DNA of 64,000 nucleotides from Macrostomum lignano (GCA_002269645.1 NIVC01002664.1:1-64000); one strand, 5' to 3'. Positions 1-13,809 are shown, numbered from the stretch's first letter. The notes: a model not told the origin generated them from the letters alone. Program-made: numbers and translations.

Positions 1-1645
1 TCTCCTCTCCTCTCCTTCCTCTCTCTCCTCCTCTCCTCCTCTCTCTTCTCTCTCATCTCCACTCTCCTCTCTCTCTCCTCTCCTCCCCTCTCCTCTCCTC
101 TCCTCCTCTCTCCTCTCCTCTCCTCTACTCTCTCTCTCCTCCTCTCATCTCCACTCTCCTCTCCTCTTTCTCTCTCTCCTCTCTCTCCTCCTCTCCTCTT
201 CTTCCTCTCCTCTATCCTCTCCTCTCCTTCTCTCTTCCTCTCCTCTCCTCTCTCCTCTCCTCTCCTCTCATCTCACTCTCCTCTCTCTCTCCTCTCCTCC
301 CCTCTCCTCTCCTCCTCTCTCTCTCTCTCCTCTCCTCTCATCTCCACTCTCCTCTCCTCTTTCTCTCCTCTCCTCTCCTCTCCTTTCCTCTCCTCTCCTC
401 TCCTCTTCTTCCTCTCCTTCCTCTCCTCTCCTCTCCTCTCCTCTCTCTCCTCTTCTCTCCTCTCCTTTCTCTCCTCTCCTTCCTTCCTCTCTCCTCTCTC
501 CCTCTCCCCTCTCCTCTCCTCTCCTCTCCTCTCCTCTTCTTCTCTCCTCTTCCTCTCCTCTCCTCTCCTCTCCTCTCCTCCTCTCCTCTCCTCTTCTCTC
601 CTCTCCTCTATCCTATCCTCTCCTTCCTCTCCTCTCTCTCCTCTCCTCTATCCTCTCCTCTCCTCTTTCTCTCCTCTCCTCTCCTCTCTCCTCTCTCCTC
701 TCCTCTCCTCTCCTCTCCTCTACTCTCCTTCTCTCCTCTCCTCTCCTCTCCTCTTCTCTCCTCTCCTCTATCCTTCCTCTCTCCTCTCCTCTCCTCTCTC
801 TCTCTCTCCTCTCCTCCTCTCCTCTCCTCTCCTCTCCTCTCCTCTTCTCTCATCTCCACTCTCCTCCTCCTCTTTCCTCCCTCTCCTCTCCTCTCCTCTC
901 CTCTCCTCTCTCTCCTCTCCTCTCTCTTCTCTCCTCTCTCTTCCTCTCCTCTTACTCTCCTCTCTCCTCTCCTCTCCTCTCCTCTCCTCTCCTCTCCTCT
1001 CCTCTCCTCTATCTCCTCTCTCCTCTCCTCTCCTCTCCTCTCTCCTCTCTCCTCTCCTCTCCTCTCCTCTCCTCTACTCTCCTCTCTCCTCTACTCTCCT
1101 CTCCTCTCCTCTTCTCTCCTCTCCTCTATCCTCTCCTCTCTCTCTCCTCTCCTCTCTCCTCTCCTTCCTCTCCTCTCTCTCTCCTCTCTCTCCTCTCCTC
1201 TTCTCTCATCTCCACTCTCCTCTCCTCTCTCTCCTCCCCTCTCCTCCTTCCTCTCCTCTCCTCTCCTCTCCTCTCTCTCCTCTCCTCTTCTCTCCTCTCC
1301 TCTATCCTCTCCTCTCCTCTCCTCTCCTCTCCTCTTCCTCTCTCTTCCTCTCTCTCCTCTCCTCTCCTCTCCTCTCCTCTCTCTACTCTCCTCTCCTCTC
1401 CTCTCTCCTCTCCTCTCCTCTCTCCTCTCCTCTCCTCTCCTCTCTCTCTCTCTCTCCTCTCCTCTCCTCTCCTCCTCCTCTCTCTCTCCTCTCTCCTCTC
1501 CTCTCCTCTCCTCTCTCCTCTCTCCTCTCCTCTCCTCTCCTCTCCTCTCCTCTCTCTCCTCTCTCTACTCTCCTCTCTCCTCTCTCTCCTCTCCTCTCCT
1601 CTCCTCTCCTCTCTCCTCTCCTCTCCTCTCTCCTCTCCTCTCCTA
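1..1645. repeat. CT-rich low-complexity microsatellite, degenerate (CTCCT)n
   Basis: Almost pure C/T sequence built from ctcct/ctct units; the 608..859 ORF is an artefact of it. Confidence 0.97.
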
Positions 1646-1899
1646 GCTCTTGATATTCATTAAGATTTTTTAGAATTCTATATTAGAATTCTAAAAACAT
1701 TTCCGTACATTTACGTACATTTCCTGTACCTAAAAATCATAAAAATGCATGGCACGGCTCTAATCTTTGGTTTTATGAATCTATTTTATCATCTCTGTTA
1801 CACATATTGTTACAAAGTCAGCTAAAGAATGACAAAATAGCTTCATAAAACTATAATGAGTCAAGCCGTGCCATTTATGGTTTTCTAGGCACAGGACCT

Positions 1900-2150
1900 A
1901 TGCAGTTGTACGCAGAATAATAAATTAACATAGAATTCAGAACATAGATATGGTATATATATAGGTAGATATATAGATATAGAGGAACATTGGGTCTGCC
2001 TCCTTTCGAAAGGAATTACAAATTTTTGTGCTTAAGAAATGAATGCCTCACATCTACGTAATGTATTTTTTTCGGTAAAACCTTGCATGGCTCCTAAAAA
2101 TTTCCAAGAAACGTAGTTTCCCGTCCGTCTACTTGAGTAGTCCAGTTGGT
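1900..2150. mobile_element. Fragment of a dispersed repeat, probable MITE family, also present at ~26955-27295
   Basis: 1985-2100 resembles 27185-27290 directly (ggtctgcct..aatttttgtgct..aaatgaa). The reverse complement of 2100-2145 matches 26958-27000 (ggactactcaagtaga..gggaaact.cgtttctt). Confidence 0.55.
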
Positions 2151-3388
2151 TCCACTCTAGCTAATTTAATTTTAAACAGACGCATCTCAGCCATCACCGC
2201 CGAGCTCTGAATGTCCTTTGTCTGTCTGAAATCGAATACCTTGCCAAGAAGATCCATCGACAGATCAATCAGCCAGAGCCATTTCTGTCAAAGAGGCTCG
2301 ACAGACTCATCTAGTGCTCGATCTAGCATCGAAAATTTGTTAAAATCCCATCTGACATGCCTACGTCGGTTCTTTGCTTTGCTTTCTCTCAGTAGCGTGC
2401 AAATCTATCTATCAAAATCATGCTTTGTAGAATTTCTAGCAATTATTCTTCATATTCAGTAGATTCTTTTGATGAGCAGCAATGGATAGTCAGGTTTTGT
2501 TGTTTGGTGACGTAAAAAATGATAAATTTAAAAAGGCCTGGTGAATTTCCTGCGTCAGACTGTGCTTTTATTTTGCATCAACTTTTCAAGCCAGTTTAAA
2601 CTGTCTTATAAACTAGCTCGTAGAAATAGTTCATGATTAAATTGTTGAATACGAATAAGTCGATAATTTAATCTACAATTTTTTAATTTTTTAATTTTTT
2701 AATTATATAATTTCACAATTTTAGCTACAATTTAACAAAATAACAATTTTTACATTTTTAAAATTTCACAACCACAACGGGAGTAAAAACCATTCTTTGT
2801 TAAAATTAAAATGAGATACCGGAAAGTTTAAATAGTACGACTCGAATATTTTTCTTTTGCATTGCCAATTCTATGTAATTAATATACTTTTAAAAAATTA
2901 AACCAGCTTTTATATTTAAAAACAGCATTGACTGTGCGTTAAATGAGCAGAACATGGCGTGCACGGAGCGTGGGGTTCAGTCTGGGTGCTCGTATTTCTC
3001 CTTTGCCTTGAGACAAAAGAGATCCGTCACTGAGCTGCGTGCTCTTTCGTGCGTAAACGTTAATCGTTTACTTTCAGTCATTACTTTTTGTCTAAAAATA
3101 AAATGTAAGATAGAGTGTCAATAGACTAGCTGTATTTAGATTTTTTATCTATCTTTGCTTCGGACAATGCAGTGCATTGGATTCGCAAGTACGAGTATTT
3201 TGTTTCCGGGGTCCGGGATCGCTTCTATCACATGTACTTGTGTATTAGCCTTAGGGGATCCTTTCACAACCTTTATGACTTTAACTCTCTGTATTAGCAG
3301 TTGCAAGAACCGAAACGCCGTGTTTAGACGGACACGCTGAACTTTCATCAAACTGGCAAAAGCGGTGCACAAACCAGAGAAGGCCACC

Positions 3389-4029
3389 TCACCGAGGCAC
3401 GTCGATGCTGCACCGAAAATGCGTTCCACCTGCAGCGGATCCGCGCGAGTCGCTCCCGGTGGACGATGGTGACGTGGACTGCGTCCGCTCCGAGCCGCTG
3501 CACCCACCGTCCTCCGAAACCCTGAATGTGCGCTGCACCCGCACGGCTGGCTGCAGCGGCTGCTTTTTCTGCTGCTTCGGGCAGCTCCGGCGGTGGCGCC
3601 GCTTCGGCCGCGCTCGGGCCGTCGAAACGGCGCTGCTGCCAGTTCGAGCGTCTTTGGAGTCGACGAACGCTCTGGCGAAGTACTTGGTCTCCACCGACTG
3701 CTGTGGCTTCTGTCGCCGTAGGGGCTGCGGCGTTGTCGACCTGCGAGTCTTTTGTGTCTGCCGACCTCCCTGCAACCGCCTTCCAGCACTGCTGCTGCCG
3801 TTCGCATTCAGGACAGGTGGCCGCTCCCACGAGCTGTCTTCCTGAAGCGCCCCCGAGGCCTGACCCGCAAGGCGAGGGCTCCGCCAGTCGCCGGTGTCGC
3901 CGGTGTCGCCTCTGTTGTCGTCTTCCAACTCGTCTGCGGTGACCACCGCGGCCGCAGCGGCGTTGTTCCGGTTTACCGTGTGCTGCACGCCACTGTGCCG
4001 CGTCAGAGCTGCCTGCTGCAGACAGTCGA

Positions 4030-4069
<40 letters not shown>

Positions 4070-5605
4070 AGTCTGCCGCGGCTGATCGCCCAAGGCGGGG
4101 CAGGGATCTGCAGGCTCCGGGCAGCGGCAGCCGCAGCGGAGGTCCTGCGTGTTGCGATACACCATGGCAGCCATGTGCAGCACGAAGTCGATCTTGCAGG
4201 TCATGTAATTCGGCCGCCACGCACCGCCTACCCGCTGCTGCATGCTGAGCAGAGTTGGGTCCGGCAGGGCGTTGCGCAGCTCCTTCACTGCGCTGGGGCT
4301 GGCGCCGCACATGCTCAACGTGTCGGCGTAGATCTTCTCAAATAGGCGCATCAGATTGCTGAGCAGGGCGTCCATGTTGGCCACGTACCAGCCGGCCATG
4401 GCCTGCCGGTTGTGACTGCCAGCTGACGGGTAGTTGTACGCCGGTCCTTCGCGAACCTTTGCGGCCTGCTGCCCTGCAGCCTGCGGCCGTAGCGGCGTTG
4501 GCGGCTTGCATGGCTGGGGCACCGGGCCGCTGCAGACGGCAGCTCCGCGCTCAGGCACTGGCGGCTGCTGCTGCTGCTGCTGGCAAAACTGCGGCTGCTG
4601 CGGCTGCTGGCACTGATGCTGCTGTTGAGGCTGCTGCTGAGGCTGCCACTGCTGCTGCGGTGTCTGCCTGACATCGCTGGCTCTTGGCCACCGGCTGTTG
4701 TTGCCAGTGCTACCACCGTTACCATAGCAACCGAGTCCCCCTCCATACCGAGCAGTCGATCGCGGCGTCTGCTTGAGACTCCTTTGCGGTTGAGTCGGGT
4801 GGGTTAGGCGACTCTTTAAAAATTTTAGGACCAAAAAAGCTTACATCTTTGCAAATTGGAGGTCGCTATTTGGAGTATGATTTTCCAAAAGTATTAGTGT
4901 CTCCGGGATCCCTGCTTCAGAGATGCTGCAAATTTGTTCTTCAATTTGCACAAACTCTAAGATAAGTTCGTTCGCACTTGCGATGGTCTAAGATAAGACT
5001 CAATTCTCACTGTGGCTTACTGTATTTTGTTGGTCATGACTCATACTATGACTTATAGTTGTTCAAGCATAACCGTACTAGTTAGTTCTTATCCTCCAGC
5101 CCATACTACTTCAACAATCAATGATTCGTTGGCTAAACTCGAAACTATCCAAAATTTCACTTCCAATCCTCCCTTCACCTCGCCTCTCGCAGGCACTCCA
5201 CAGGTGCGCACAGCGAACTCACTGCGAGTTGTTTGACTGGCCGTCCCAGCGCTCAGTGCCGGCGTCGCCGCTCCGACTGGTGCAGCGACTTCGGCCAGGC
5301 GTCGCCGTCCGCGAAGACTCCGAGCTGGCGTACTTCGTCTCGCAGCTGCTGCCGACTGCGCCGTCGCCGAATCCGCCTTGGGCGCCGCTGGTGTCGCAGG
5401 CGAGCTCGCGCAGCCGGGCCGCATTGGCGCGGCTGAACAGCAGCTGGACGGCCCGGCGGATGAGGCGGTAGTGAAGGTCGGCAACGGCCTCGTCGAACAG
5501 CTGGCTGCACAGCCGCAGGCCGCCCTTCCACTTCAGCGCGTTGGCAAGGCCGGGGCGCCGGGCGATCTCCATCTGCAAGAACTGCTCGAACAGCTTGAGC
5601 GACAT
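3389..5605 (-). CDS. Uncharacterised protein (~600 aa) with poly-Q tracts; exons 5605-5223 and 4811-3389
   Basis: GC-rich coding-like islands. Donor ca|gtgag at 5222 (phase 2) and acceptor tttttaaagag|t at 4812 join the 128-aa ORF (MSLKLFEQFLQMEIARR...) in frame to the 481-aa ORF. An acceptor-like ccgcag lies 5 nt before the ATG. No family recognised. Confidence 0.6.
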
Positions 5606-6374
5606 GCCGCTGCGGGCCGGCGGCCGCCCTCACCTGCCTCAGCGCTGGGAGCCTCTGGCCATCAGTCGGGGATTGCCGGCCGGATGTGGCGCATGCTGGG
5701 AAGCTGGGGAAGGAAGTCTCTATAGGGGATGCGGATGGGCGGTTCCTCAGTGCGGAGGGTGTCTCGTCTAGAGTCCTCAGTTTGGGCCACAGACGAATAG
5801 CGACTGGCATGCGGCCATGACCAAAATTGTTGCGTTCTGGCGCACAAACAGATTATTAATAATTGATTGTGTACATTTGATGTATGCATCTACAGATAGT
5901 ATAGACCTTTACAGGGGATAGTCTTAACCTATAAACAGAGTACAGAGGACAGTTTTTGCCTATTTGATGAACTCAAGTGCTCTTGCATTCGTGCAGCAAA
6001 TAGCTTGAATTCCCAGCTCCACCTGGGTCAAGGCTGAGTGAGTTTTAGGAGATCGCATAGTCTCAACCCTCATGCTCTCCGAACCCTTGGCCTGCTTCCA
6101 TCCGATTGCTGCTATTTGCCTTCCTTCCGATCTCGAGTACCTCCGCATAGGCAGCCAAGTACTGCCCGAACAAGAGCCGGACTCATGCCAGCTGGTCTTT
6201 CCCTGGTAAACAGCTTGATCGATAATTGCTGCAAAATGTCTACCACTTTATTAATCCTCAGCTTTAGCTGCCTCTTCTGGGTTGTTGATTGAAGAGCAAC
6301 CGGTTGCTGCACCTCCACTCGGTCACAGATTCTGGCTTCGTAGAAGTGCATCCATCCTACTATTTTCGTTGCAA

Positions 6375-7276
<902 letters not shown>

Positions 7277-7978
7277 CAAACTTCCAACATACCGAGACAA
7301 ACACATTTTCTGGCTATTGCGAAAAGCTAAAAAGCAAAAAGTTATGCATCAAATTTAATTGCAGATTCCAGCATGAGCCAGCAGGGCTTCCCCGGTTAAC
7401 AGAAGCAAAGGCTCAGTTAAAATGTTTACAAGGTGCTACTGGCCTGGGCTGGGGCTAATCAGCGGATTTCTCTTTTATCGCTTCAAAGTCTTCCGTCTGT
7501 CTGTCTGAAATTTTAATCAAATCAGTTTTTGTACTTTTAATTTTGCTTGTGTCGTTGAAAATATCCTGGAATTAGTCTGGATATGCTAAGCCACTAAACG
7601 GGCTTCTACTAATTAACAGGTAACCAAAAAACGTCGAAAAATATTTTTTTATTACTTTTTCTATTTTTGCTTTTGCTTTATTAACAATAGGAGTACCAAG
7701 CCACTTTTTTCGCCCGTCGAAATACCAAGCGGAAATTTCCTAATTTGGACATCCTGTTACAACTATGTCAAACTTCAATAACGAGCAAACCTCAACTGCT
7801 GGACATCCTCAGCTAGTCCATAGTCCCCTGGTGCCACCTTTGAAGGTCAAGAAGCTCCGCCAGGGTGAAGGCCAGTGACCAACTAAGTCAGAACTGATGC
7901 AGACACATGCGGTCGACTTGCTGATGATATTTGGAGGCTTTTTTTATTAGAGGCAGGGGGTTGTGTGCACCCTGGCGC

Positions 7979-8296
7979 ACTTTAAGCGACATAGGCACAC
8001 AACCGCGAGAGGCATTACTGGCCATTCCGCCGACTTCCCTGAGCAGGCATACAAGCGCGCGGATACGTACGCAGTCACACACTCACACAGGAGTGTACAG
8101 CGGCCCTAACTTTATTTTATCGTTAGGCATGTACACTTCACTGCGCCTTGGGGGGTTGGCTCTCAAGGCCGTTAATTGCACAGGCGAGCCAAGCCGAGAT
8201 TCCAATTCAGCCCCAAATTAATGTGACTGCACTTGGAATCGAGCCTGGGTCGCTGGCACACCAGAGCAGCTGCGCTACCGCTGGGCTACGGCCCCC
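7979..8296 (-). mobile_element. tRNA-derived SINE, family A, copy 1
   Basis: Minus strand starts GGGGCCGTAGCCCAGCGG (A box) ... GGCTCGATTCC (B-box-like). The body is closely similar to 25119-25452. Confidence 0.85.
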
Positions 8297-9196
8297 CTAT
8301 TTGGAGGCTTGGAAAGGTTGCATTGAGACGCATTGAATACACTGGCGCTTATGGGAAAAATCCGACCTTCTGGCAGAATCCTCGAATATCTCGACCGTCC
8401 GGAGAGCTGGCGACTTGATTCTTGTTTTAGAAGGTGCAGAACAAAAAGTCACCCCATGCACCCAGCAAGAAAAGATTGTCAGATTATCTTAGCAAAAGTG
8501 ATTAAAACATAAAAATCAGAACGCTTTTTAACAATATTAATAATAATAATAAAACAAACTAAAATCCAGTCTGGAACACTCAAAAAGATATTCCACAGTT
8601 ATCGAATAATTTCAAAACGCAGAATCAGTTTAATAAAACAACAGGACGAAGTATTCAATATTAGTATATTTGATTCCAGTCAATCACAGTTGCAGACTAA
8701 AATGAACTCATATGCCAAGTTTTGTCCGTTATGAATGAGTTACATAGAAGTTTGATTAGGTATAAATATTAAAATGAGTGCGTGCCTATTATTTAAAAAA
8801 ATAGGCGGAGTGCACCAACCACGATTCGGCTTCCACTTTGCCTCAATTTGAGAGTGTCATGTTTTTCTTGAAAAGTCACAGGCTTGCGTTAGCCAGAAAA
8901 CAGAGTGATGATGTGTTCCAAAATTGAATCGAAGAAATGTTCTCTGCACTTTTCCCTGCAGAGCAGCAGTCCCCTAACGACGGCTAAATCAATTTGTCGG
9001 TCTCAGGAGGCTGGGACAAAGGAGATGGAGTCTGGCAAACTAATAAACTTCGTTCTTTAGCCTCCCAGTCGCTGATTCTGTCTCTCTACTTCAAATGAAA
9101 TTCTCAATGGTATTGCTTTTAGTGAAATTCTGAGATCAAATGTTGAAGATAGCTCGTAGAAGTACTTTTATAAGTGCAGATCGGCAGGACTGCAGC

Positions 9197-10579
9197 TTAG
9201 GAATAATCGTTACGATTGCCAGCTCTTCGTGCCACTGACCTCAGCGGACGCATCTCCGTGCTGTCTCCGCGGCCGCCACCACCGCCGCCAATCCCGCCAG
9301 TCCGCACCTCCTGTCGCTTCCTGTTGAGGCCTCCGCGACAGGCGCACCGTTTCACCTCGCGCTTGAAAGCCTCCGAGAAGACAAAGAAGATAAAAAAATT
9401 CGCCAAAGTGTCCAGCGTCACCAGAGCGTTGAGTCCGGAGAAGATGAGGCGCGCCTTGCCCGGACTGGAGCAGCGAAAGTGCGGGAAGAAGTGCATTAGA
9501 ATGAAGTAGATGAATGTGGGCAGCTCCAGCACTGTGAAAGTGACGGCCAGAGCCAGCAGAATTCGGGTTGCCTTGCGTTTGCGACAGAGACCGCGACTGC
9601 GCGCGGGCTTGTGCGGCTGTCGCTGCTGCAGCTGCCGCTCGCGGTCGCGATGAATCACTGGGACAGCCAGGTTGTTGTGCGAGGATCCGATCGAATTGGA
9701 GCAATCAGCTGCTTCTACAGCCGGTTGCGCTCCTGTCGCGCGTGTTGACGGAGAGGCCGTCGCCGAGGCGGCGTCGGAGGGCTCGCGGGCAGCCAGTAGG
9801 TGAGCGGCCAGGGCCACTGATAGCACTAGCACTGTGGGAACTGGCACTCCGGTCTGCATCACAAAGAAGAATATGATGAAGCTCTCACACGATGAAGCTG
9901 CCTGCGCGGACGAATTCGAAACTGCAAACGGCGGTTGAGACGTGCTGGAAATACCTGTCGCTGAATTGGCCTTCTCAGCGGCGGCGGCAGCTGCAGCAGC
10001 AGCGACTGCGTGCGCAGTGCAAGTTTTCTCTTCGAGGTGGCGAACGATGCTGAAGGCGGCGGAGCCGGTGAGAATGGCAAAGAATGCAACCAGCTGCCGC
10101 CGGCGGGTCAGCATCTCGGGCACGCGCAGCGGGAACAGGATCACCACAAAGCGGACAATTGTTAGAAAAGTGACCCACCAGTTTCTGAGCAGCAGGCTTG
10201 TGTTACTTATCACGAACTGAGCTTCCATGAAGTATTGCAGTATGCGGCCCCTGTCGCTGCCAGCTCCGCCCTCGCCCTGTCCAGCGGTGTCATTTCCAGC
10301 ATGCGCAATCAGTTGCTCGATGTTGACAACGTGCAGCACAGTTAGCGACATGGCCGTGAACAGGCCCGTGACGATCAGCAGCACCATGCCGCGGGCTCCG
10401 GCAGTTGCGTCCCGTCTGCGCAAGAAAATCCACAGGGTGAACACCAGGGACACCAGGGCCGCAACAGAGACGCACAGACTCAGCCCGTAGAAAGGCAACA
10501 GCAAAGCTCTGTACTGCGCCTCCTCCTCTGAATCCTCTTCGTCCGCAACCGGACTCAATGGGGGAGCTGGAGTACTCAT
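9197..10579 (-). CDS. Rhodopsin-family (class A) GPCR, peptide-receptor-like, intronless
   Basis: Seven hydrophobic segments; TM3 end LTIVRFVVILFP, TM6 KATRILLALAVTFTVLELP, TM7 LANFFIFFVFSEAFKREV. First true ATG at 10579 (MSTPAPP). Confidence 0.9.
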   Translation of the reverse strand: MSTPAPPLSPVADEEDSEEEAQYRALLLPFYGLSLCVSVAALVSLVFTLWIFLRRRDATAGARGMVLLIVTGLFTAMSLTVLHVVNIEQLIAHAGNDTAGQGEGGAGSDRGRILQYFMEAQFVISNTSLLLRNWWVTFLTIVRFVVILFPLRVPEMLTRRRQLVAFFAILTGSAAFSIVRHLEEKTCTAHAVAAAAAAAAAEKANSATGISSTSQPPFAVSNSSAQAASSCESFIIFFFVMQTGVPVPTVLVLSVALAAHLLAAREPSDAASATASPSTRATGAQPAVEAADCSNSIGSSHNNLAVPVIHRDRERQLQQRQPHKPARSRGLCRKRKATRILLALAVTFTVLELPTFIYFILMHFFPHFRCSSPGKARLIFSGLNALVTLDTLANFFIFFVFSEAFKREVKRCACRGGLNRKRQEVRTGGIGGGGGGRGDSTEMRPLRSVARRAGNRNDYS

Positions 10580-11241
10580 TGGGGCTTTTTGACGACGTTG
10601 TCGAGATTCTGTTAGACGAATGGAATGAATGGCTGGCAAGAGTTAACTCTACCGACTAAGTCTGCAGTCGCTAATATTTTCCTTTTCTCTCTCTCCTCTG
10701 ACTCTTCCGTTCCAATTGCTTCCCGATATCGCGCCAAGTGACCCGCGGCTATTGGCTGTCAGGAGTGTGCGAGAGTTTGGGATGCGAGAAAGAGTGAGAG
10801 ATACGCCACGGGCTACACGGTCATGGAATAGAAGGCTGCAAGGAGAGCGAGGCGGGACAGGAGCGAGGATGCAATATCATTCACTCCGGTCGTGTCCTCC
10901 ACTTCACTGCTTTGCGGCACAGGGGGTCCGTTTCAATCTCCGGAATCCTGGGCGCGTCACTCCTAGCTTCTCTGAGATTTTTTTCAAGCTGCTCTCACTC
11001 GCTGCTCTGGGGAGTCCCAGGCTCTTTCCGTTCCGCTTCAGTCACCCCGGCTCTTACGATCCGCGATCGCTTTCTCCCTTTCAGTCCTCTCTCACTCTCC
11101 AGCCGCGCTGCGATGCTAGCAATATGTGCTATCGCCGGGAATAGCATCGGGCGTTTTCGATATTTATCTACCAGTTTAATTGCCTCCAGCCTCTATGCTC
11201 AATTCTAGCTGGCGAATCCTCTCACTCTATCACTCTCACTC

Positions 11242-11283
<42 letters not shown>

Positions 11284-11689
11284 TTCGCACTCCGTTCCCA
11301 GGGGATTTTGCAGAGTAAATCGAAAACTCCAGCATCTACTATCGTCATCACAAGCGCTTGATTGTTGGTGTACATAGCTGGCCGCTCATCTGTGTTTTCG
11401 TAGCAACTGCTCGTATAATAACAAAACAGCCTCCCGCTATTTCGGTGTGGCACCTTGCTCATATTTGCGACAGCCAATCAATGCCTGCTCAGTGTTGTTC
11501 GCATAGACTCTCCCTGCATCGGAACAGAGATGAAAGGGTTTATAATTAAAAATATAGAGCATAATTGATTTTCATCAGGCATTGGATAATGGGTAGTTTT
11601 TTGGCATGTGACACATTAGAGATTGAGTATTCCCTCCTCGGTTCATTGGAGGGTTGCAATACTACTTAACGCAGTCTGCTACCCTTCAT

Positions 11690-12912
11690 CCTAGTCCGTT
11701 GGAGGCCTGCTACCCTCTTTTTTGGTCTGTTGGAGGGCTGCTACCCTCTTTTTTGGTCTGTTGGAGGGCTGCTACCCTCTTTTTTGGTCTGTTGGAGGCC
11801 TGCTACCCTCTTTTTTGGTCTGTTGGAGGGTTGCTACCCTCTTTTTTGGTCTGTTGGAGGGCTGCTACCCTCTTTTTTGGTCTGTTGGAGGCCTGCTACC
11901 CTCTTTTTTGGTCTGTTGGAGGGCTGCTACCCTCTTTTGGTCTGTTGGAGGGCTGCTACCCTCTTTTTTGGTCTGTTGGAGGGCTGCTACCCTCTTTTGG
12001 TCTGTTGGAGGGCTGCTACCCTCTTTTTTGGTCTGTTGGAGGCCTGCTACCCTCTTTTTTGGTCTGTTGGAGGGCTGCTACCCTCTTTTTTGTCTGTTGG
12101 AGGCCTGCTACCCTCTTTTTTGTCTGTTGGAGGCCTGCTACCCTCTTTTTTGTCTGTTGGAGGCCTGCTACCCTCTTTTTTGTTTGTTTGAGGCCTGCTA
12201 CCCTCTTTTTTGTCTGTTGGAGGCCTGCTACCCTCTCTTTTGGTCTGTTGGAGGCCTGCTACCCTCTTTTTTGTCTGTTGGAGGCCTGCTACCCTCTTTT
12301 TTGGTCTGTTGGAGGCCTGCTACCCTCTCTTTTGGTCTGTTGGAGGCCTGCTACCCTCTCTTTTGGTCTGTTGGAGGCCTGCTACCCTCTCTTTTGGTCT
12401 GTTGGAGGCCTGCTACCCTCTTTTTTGGTCTGTTGGAGGCCTGCTACCCTCTCTTTTGGTCTGTTGGAGGCCTGCTACCCTCTTTTTTGTCTGTTGGAGG
12501 CCTGCTACCCTCTTTTTTGTCTGTTGGAGGCCTGCTACCCTCTTTTTTGTTTGTTTGAGGCCTGCTACCCTCTTTTTTGGTCTGTTGGAGGCCTGCTACC
12601 CTCTCTTTTGGTCTGTTGGAGGCCTGCTACCCTCTCTTTTTGTTTGTTGGAGGCCTGCTACCCTTCTCCATGGTCCAATGGAGGGCGGCTACCCTTCTCC
12701 ATGGTCCAATGGAGGGCGGCTACCCTTCTCCATGGTCCAATCGAGGGCGGCTACCCTTCTCCATGGTCCAATGGAGGGCTGCTACCCTTCTCCATGGTCC
12801 AATGGAGGGCTGCTACCCTTCTCCATGGTCCAATGGAGGGCTGCTACCCTTCTCCATGGTCCAATAGAGGGCTGCTACCCTTCTCCATGGTCCAATGGAG
12901 GGCTGCTACCCT
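11690..12912. repeat. ~30-bp minisatellite (ggtctgttggaggcctgctaccctctttttt), switching at ~12660 to a variant unit (ccttctccatggtccaatggagggctgcta)
   Basis: Direct tandem copies; the overlapping ORFs at 11654-12980 are repeat translations. Confidence 0.97.
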
Positions 12913-13809
12913 CACCCCTGCTATCTCTCCCCAAAGTTCTTTTTTTATGTAAATATTCCAGTTCCTGTCCAGATTTTTAACGCAGCTCCATCAGCCTTCT
13001 GCGTTTTGAGGAATCGCTAAAAGCGTCAAAGCGTCAATTCAAATGCAACAGCAACTGCATTCTCAAGTGTCCCGGCAACTAAAACATTTACCTTTGGCAC
13101 TCTAGTTGATCGCAAGGCGCCAGTATTTTTTAGAAGTTTCTAATTTGCAAAATGCATCTCAAAACAAATTGGATCTCAACTCTCGGAATTAGATCAGCTC
13201 CCAACGCACTGGGAGTAGCTGATCCACTTCTCAGAGTGTCCAACAATCCCTGACCCTAACGCACGCGGATAGCAGAGAGAGAGAAGTTTTTCTTCTCTGA
13301 TTATCTTTGTTCTGTACGAGTAAGTAAGTCCATACTTCTGCCTCCCGCCCTCTCAAAGTCTTCCAGCCCACAGGAAAAGGTTGTTTCCTCTCCTCCAGCT
13401 GTGAAATTTGCATGAGGCAGATGCTCAGAAGCGTCCACCAAATGCAGGATTGTAAATCATCACTCAAGAGACAGCCGCTAATCTAGGACCTGACAATTTC
13501 GCTGGAACAGCTGCGACCCAGAGAGCTGGCGAAACAGTATCTCCGTCATATTTATTCATTTATTCATTCAGCAGAAAGAAAATGGACTAATTCTACAGAT
13601 ATTTCAGATATCTTATCCCATGGGATCCAGTAGAGTTTGCAGAAAAAATAGTTTGAGCAAACCAACAAAGTTCTAAAGCAGAAGATGCGAATTCAACCAT
13701 GGGGCCACAGCATGAGCCACCCGAATCATGCTGGCCTTAAGCTGAAGGTGAACTTCTTCATTTAGCAGTTTCGAAATTGATTGATTTTGTCTATGGTTAA
13801 ACTTCATGG

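Noticed and set aside
2150-2462. Possible exon or ORF (2211..2462 + and its antisense)
   Set aside because: No motifs, and it abuts a dispersed repeat; more likely a TE remnant.
3145-5889. Alternative-frame and antisense ORFs over the orphan gene (e.g. 3348..4310, 3752..4345, 5253..5810, 5662..5889)
   Set aside because: Expected by-products of GC-rich coding DNA; they are not splice-compatible with the main frame.
8225-8296. tRNA genes (also 14030-14099 and 25380-25452)
   Set aside because: A and B boxes are present, but the acceptor stems do not close and each continues into a repeated body; these are SINE heads.
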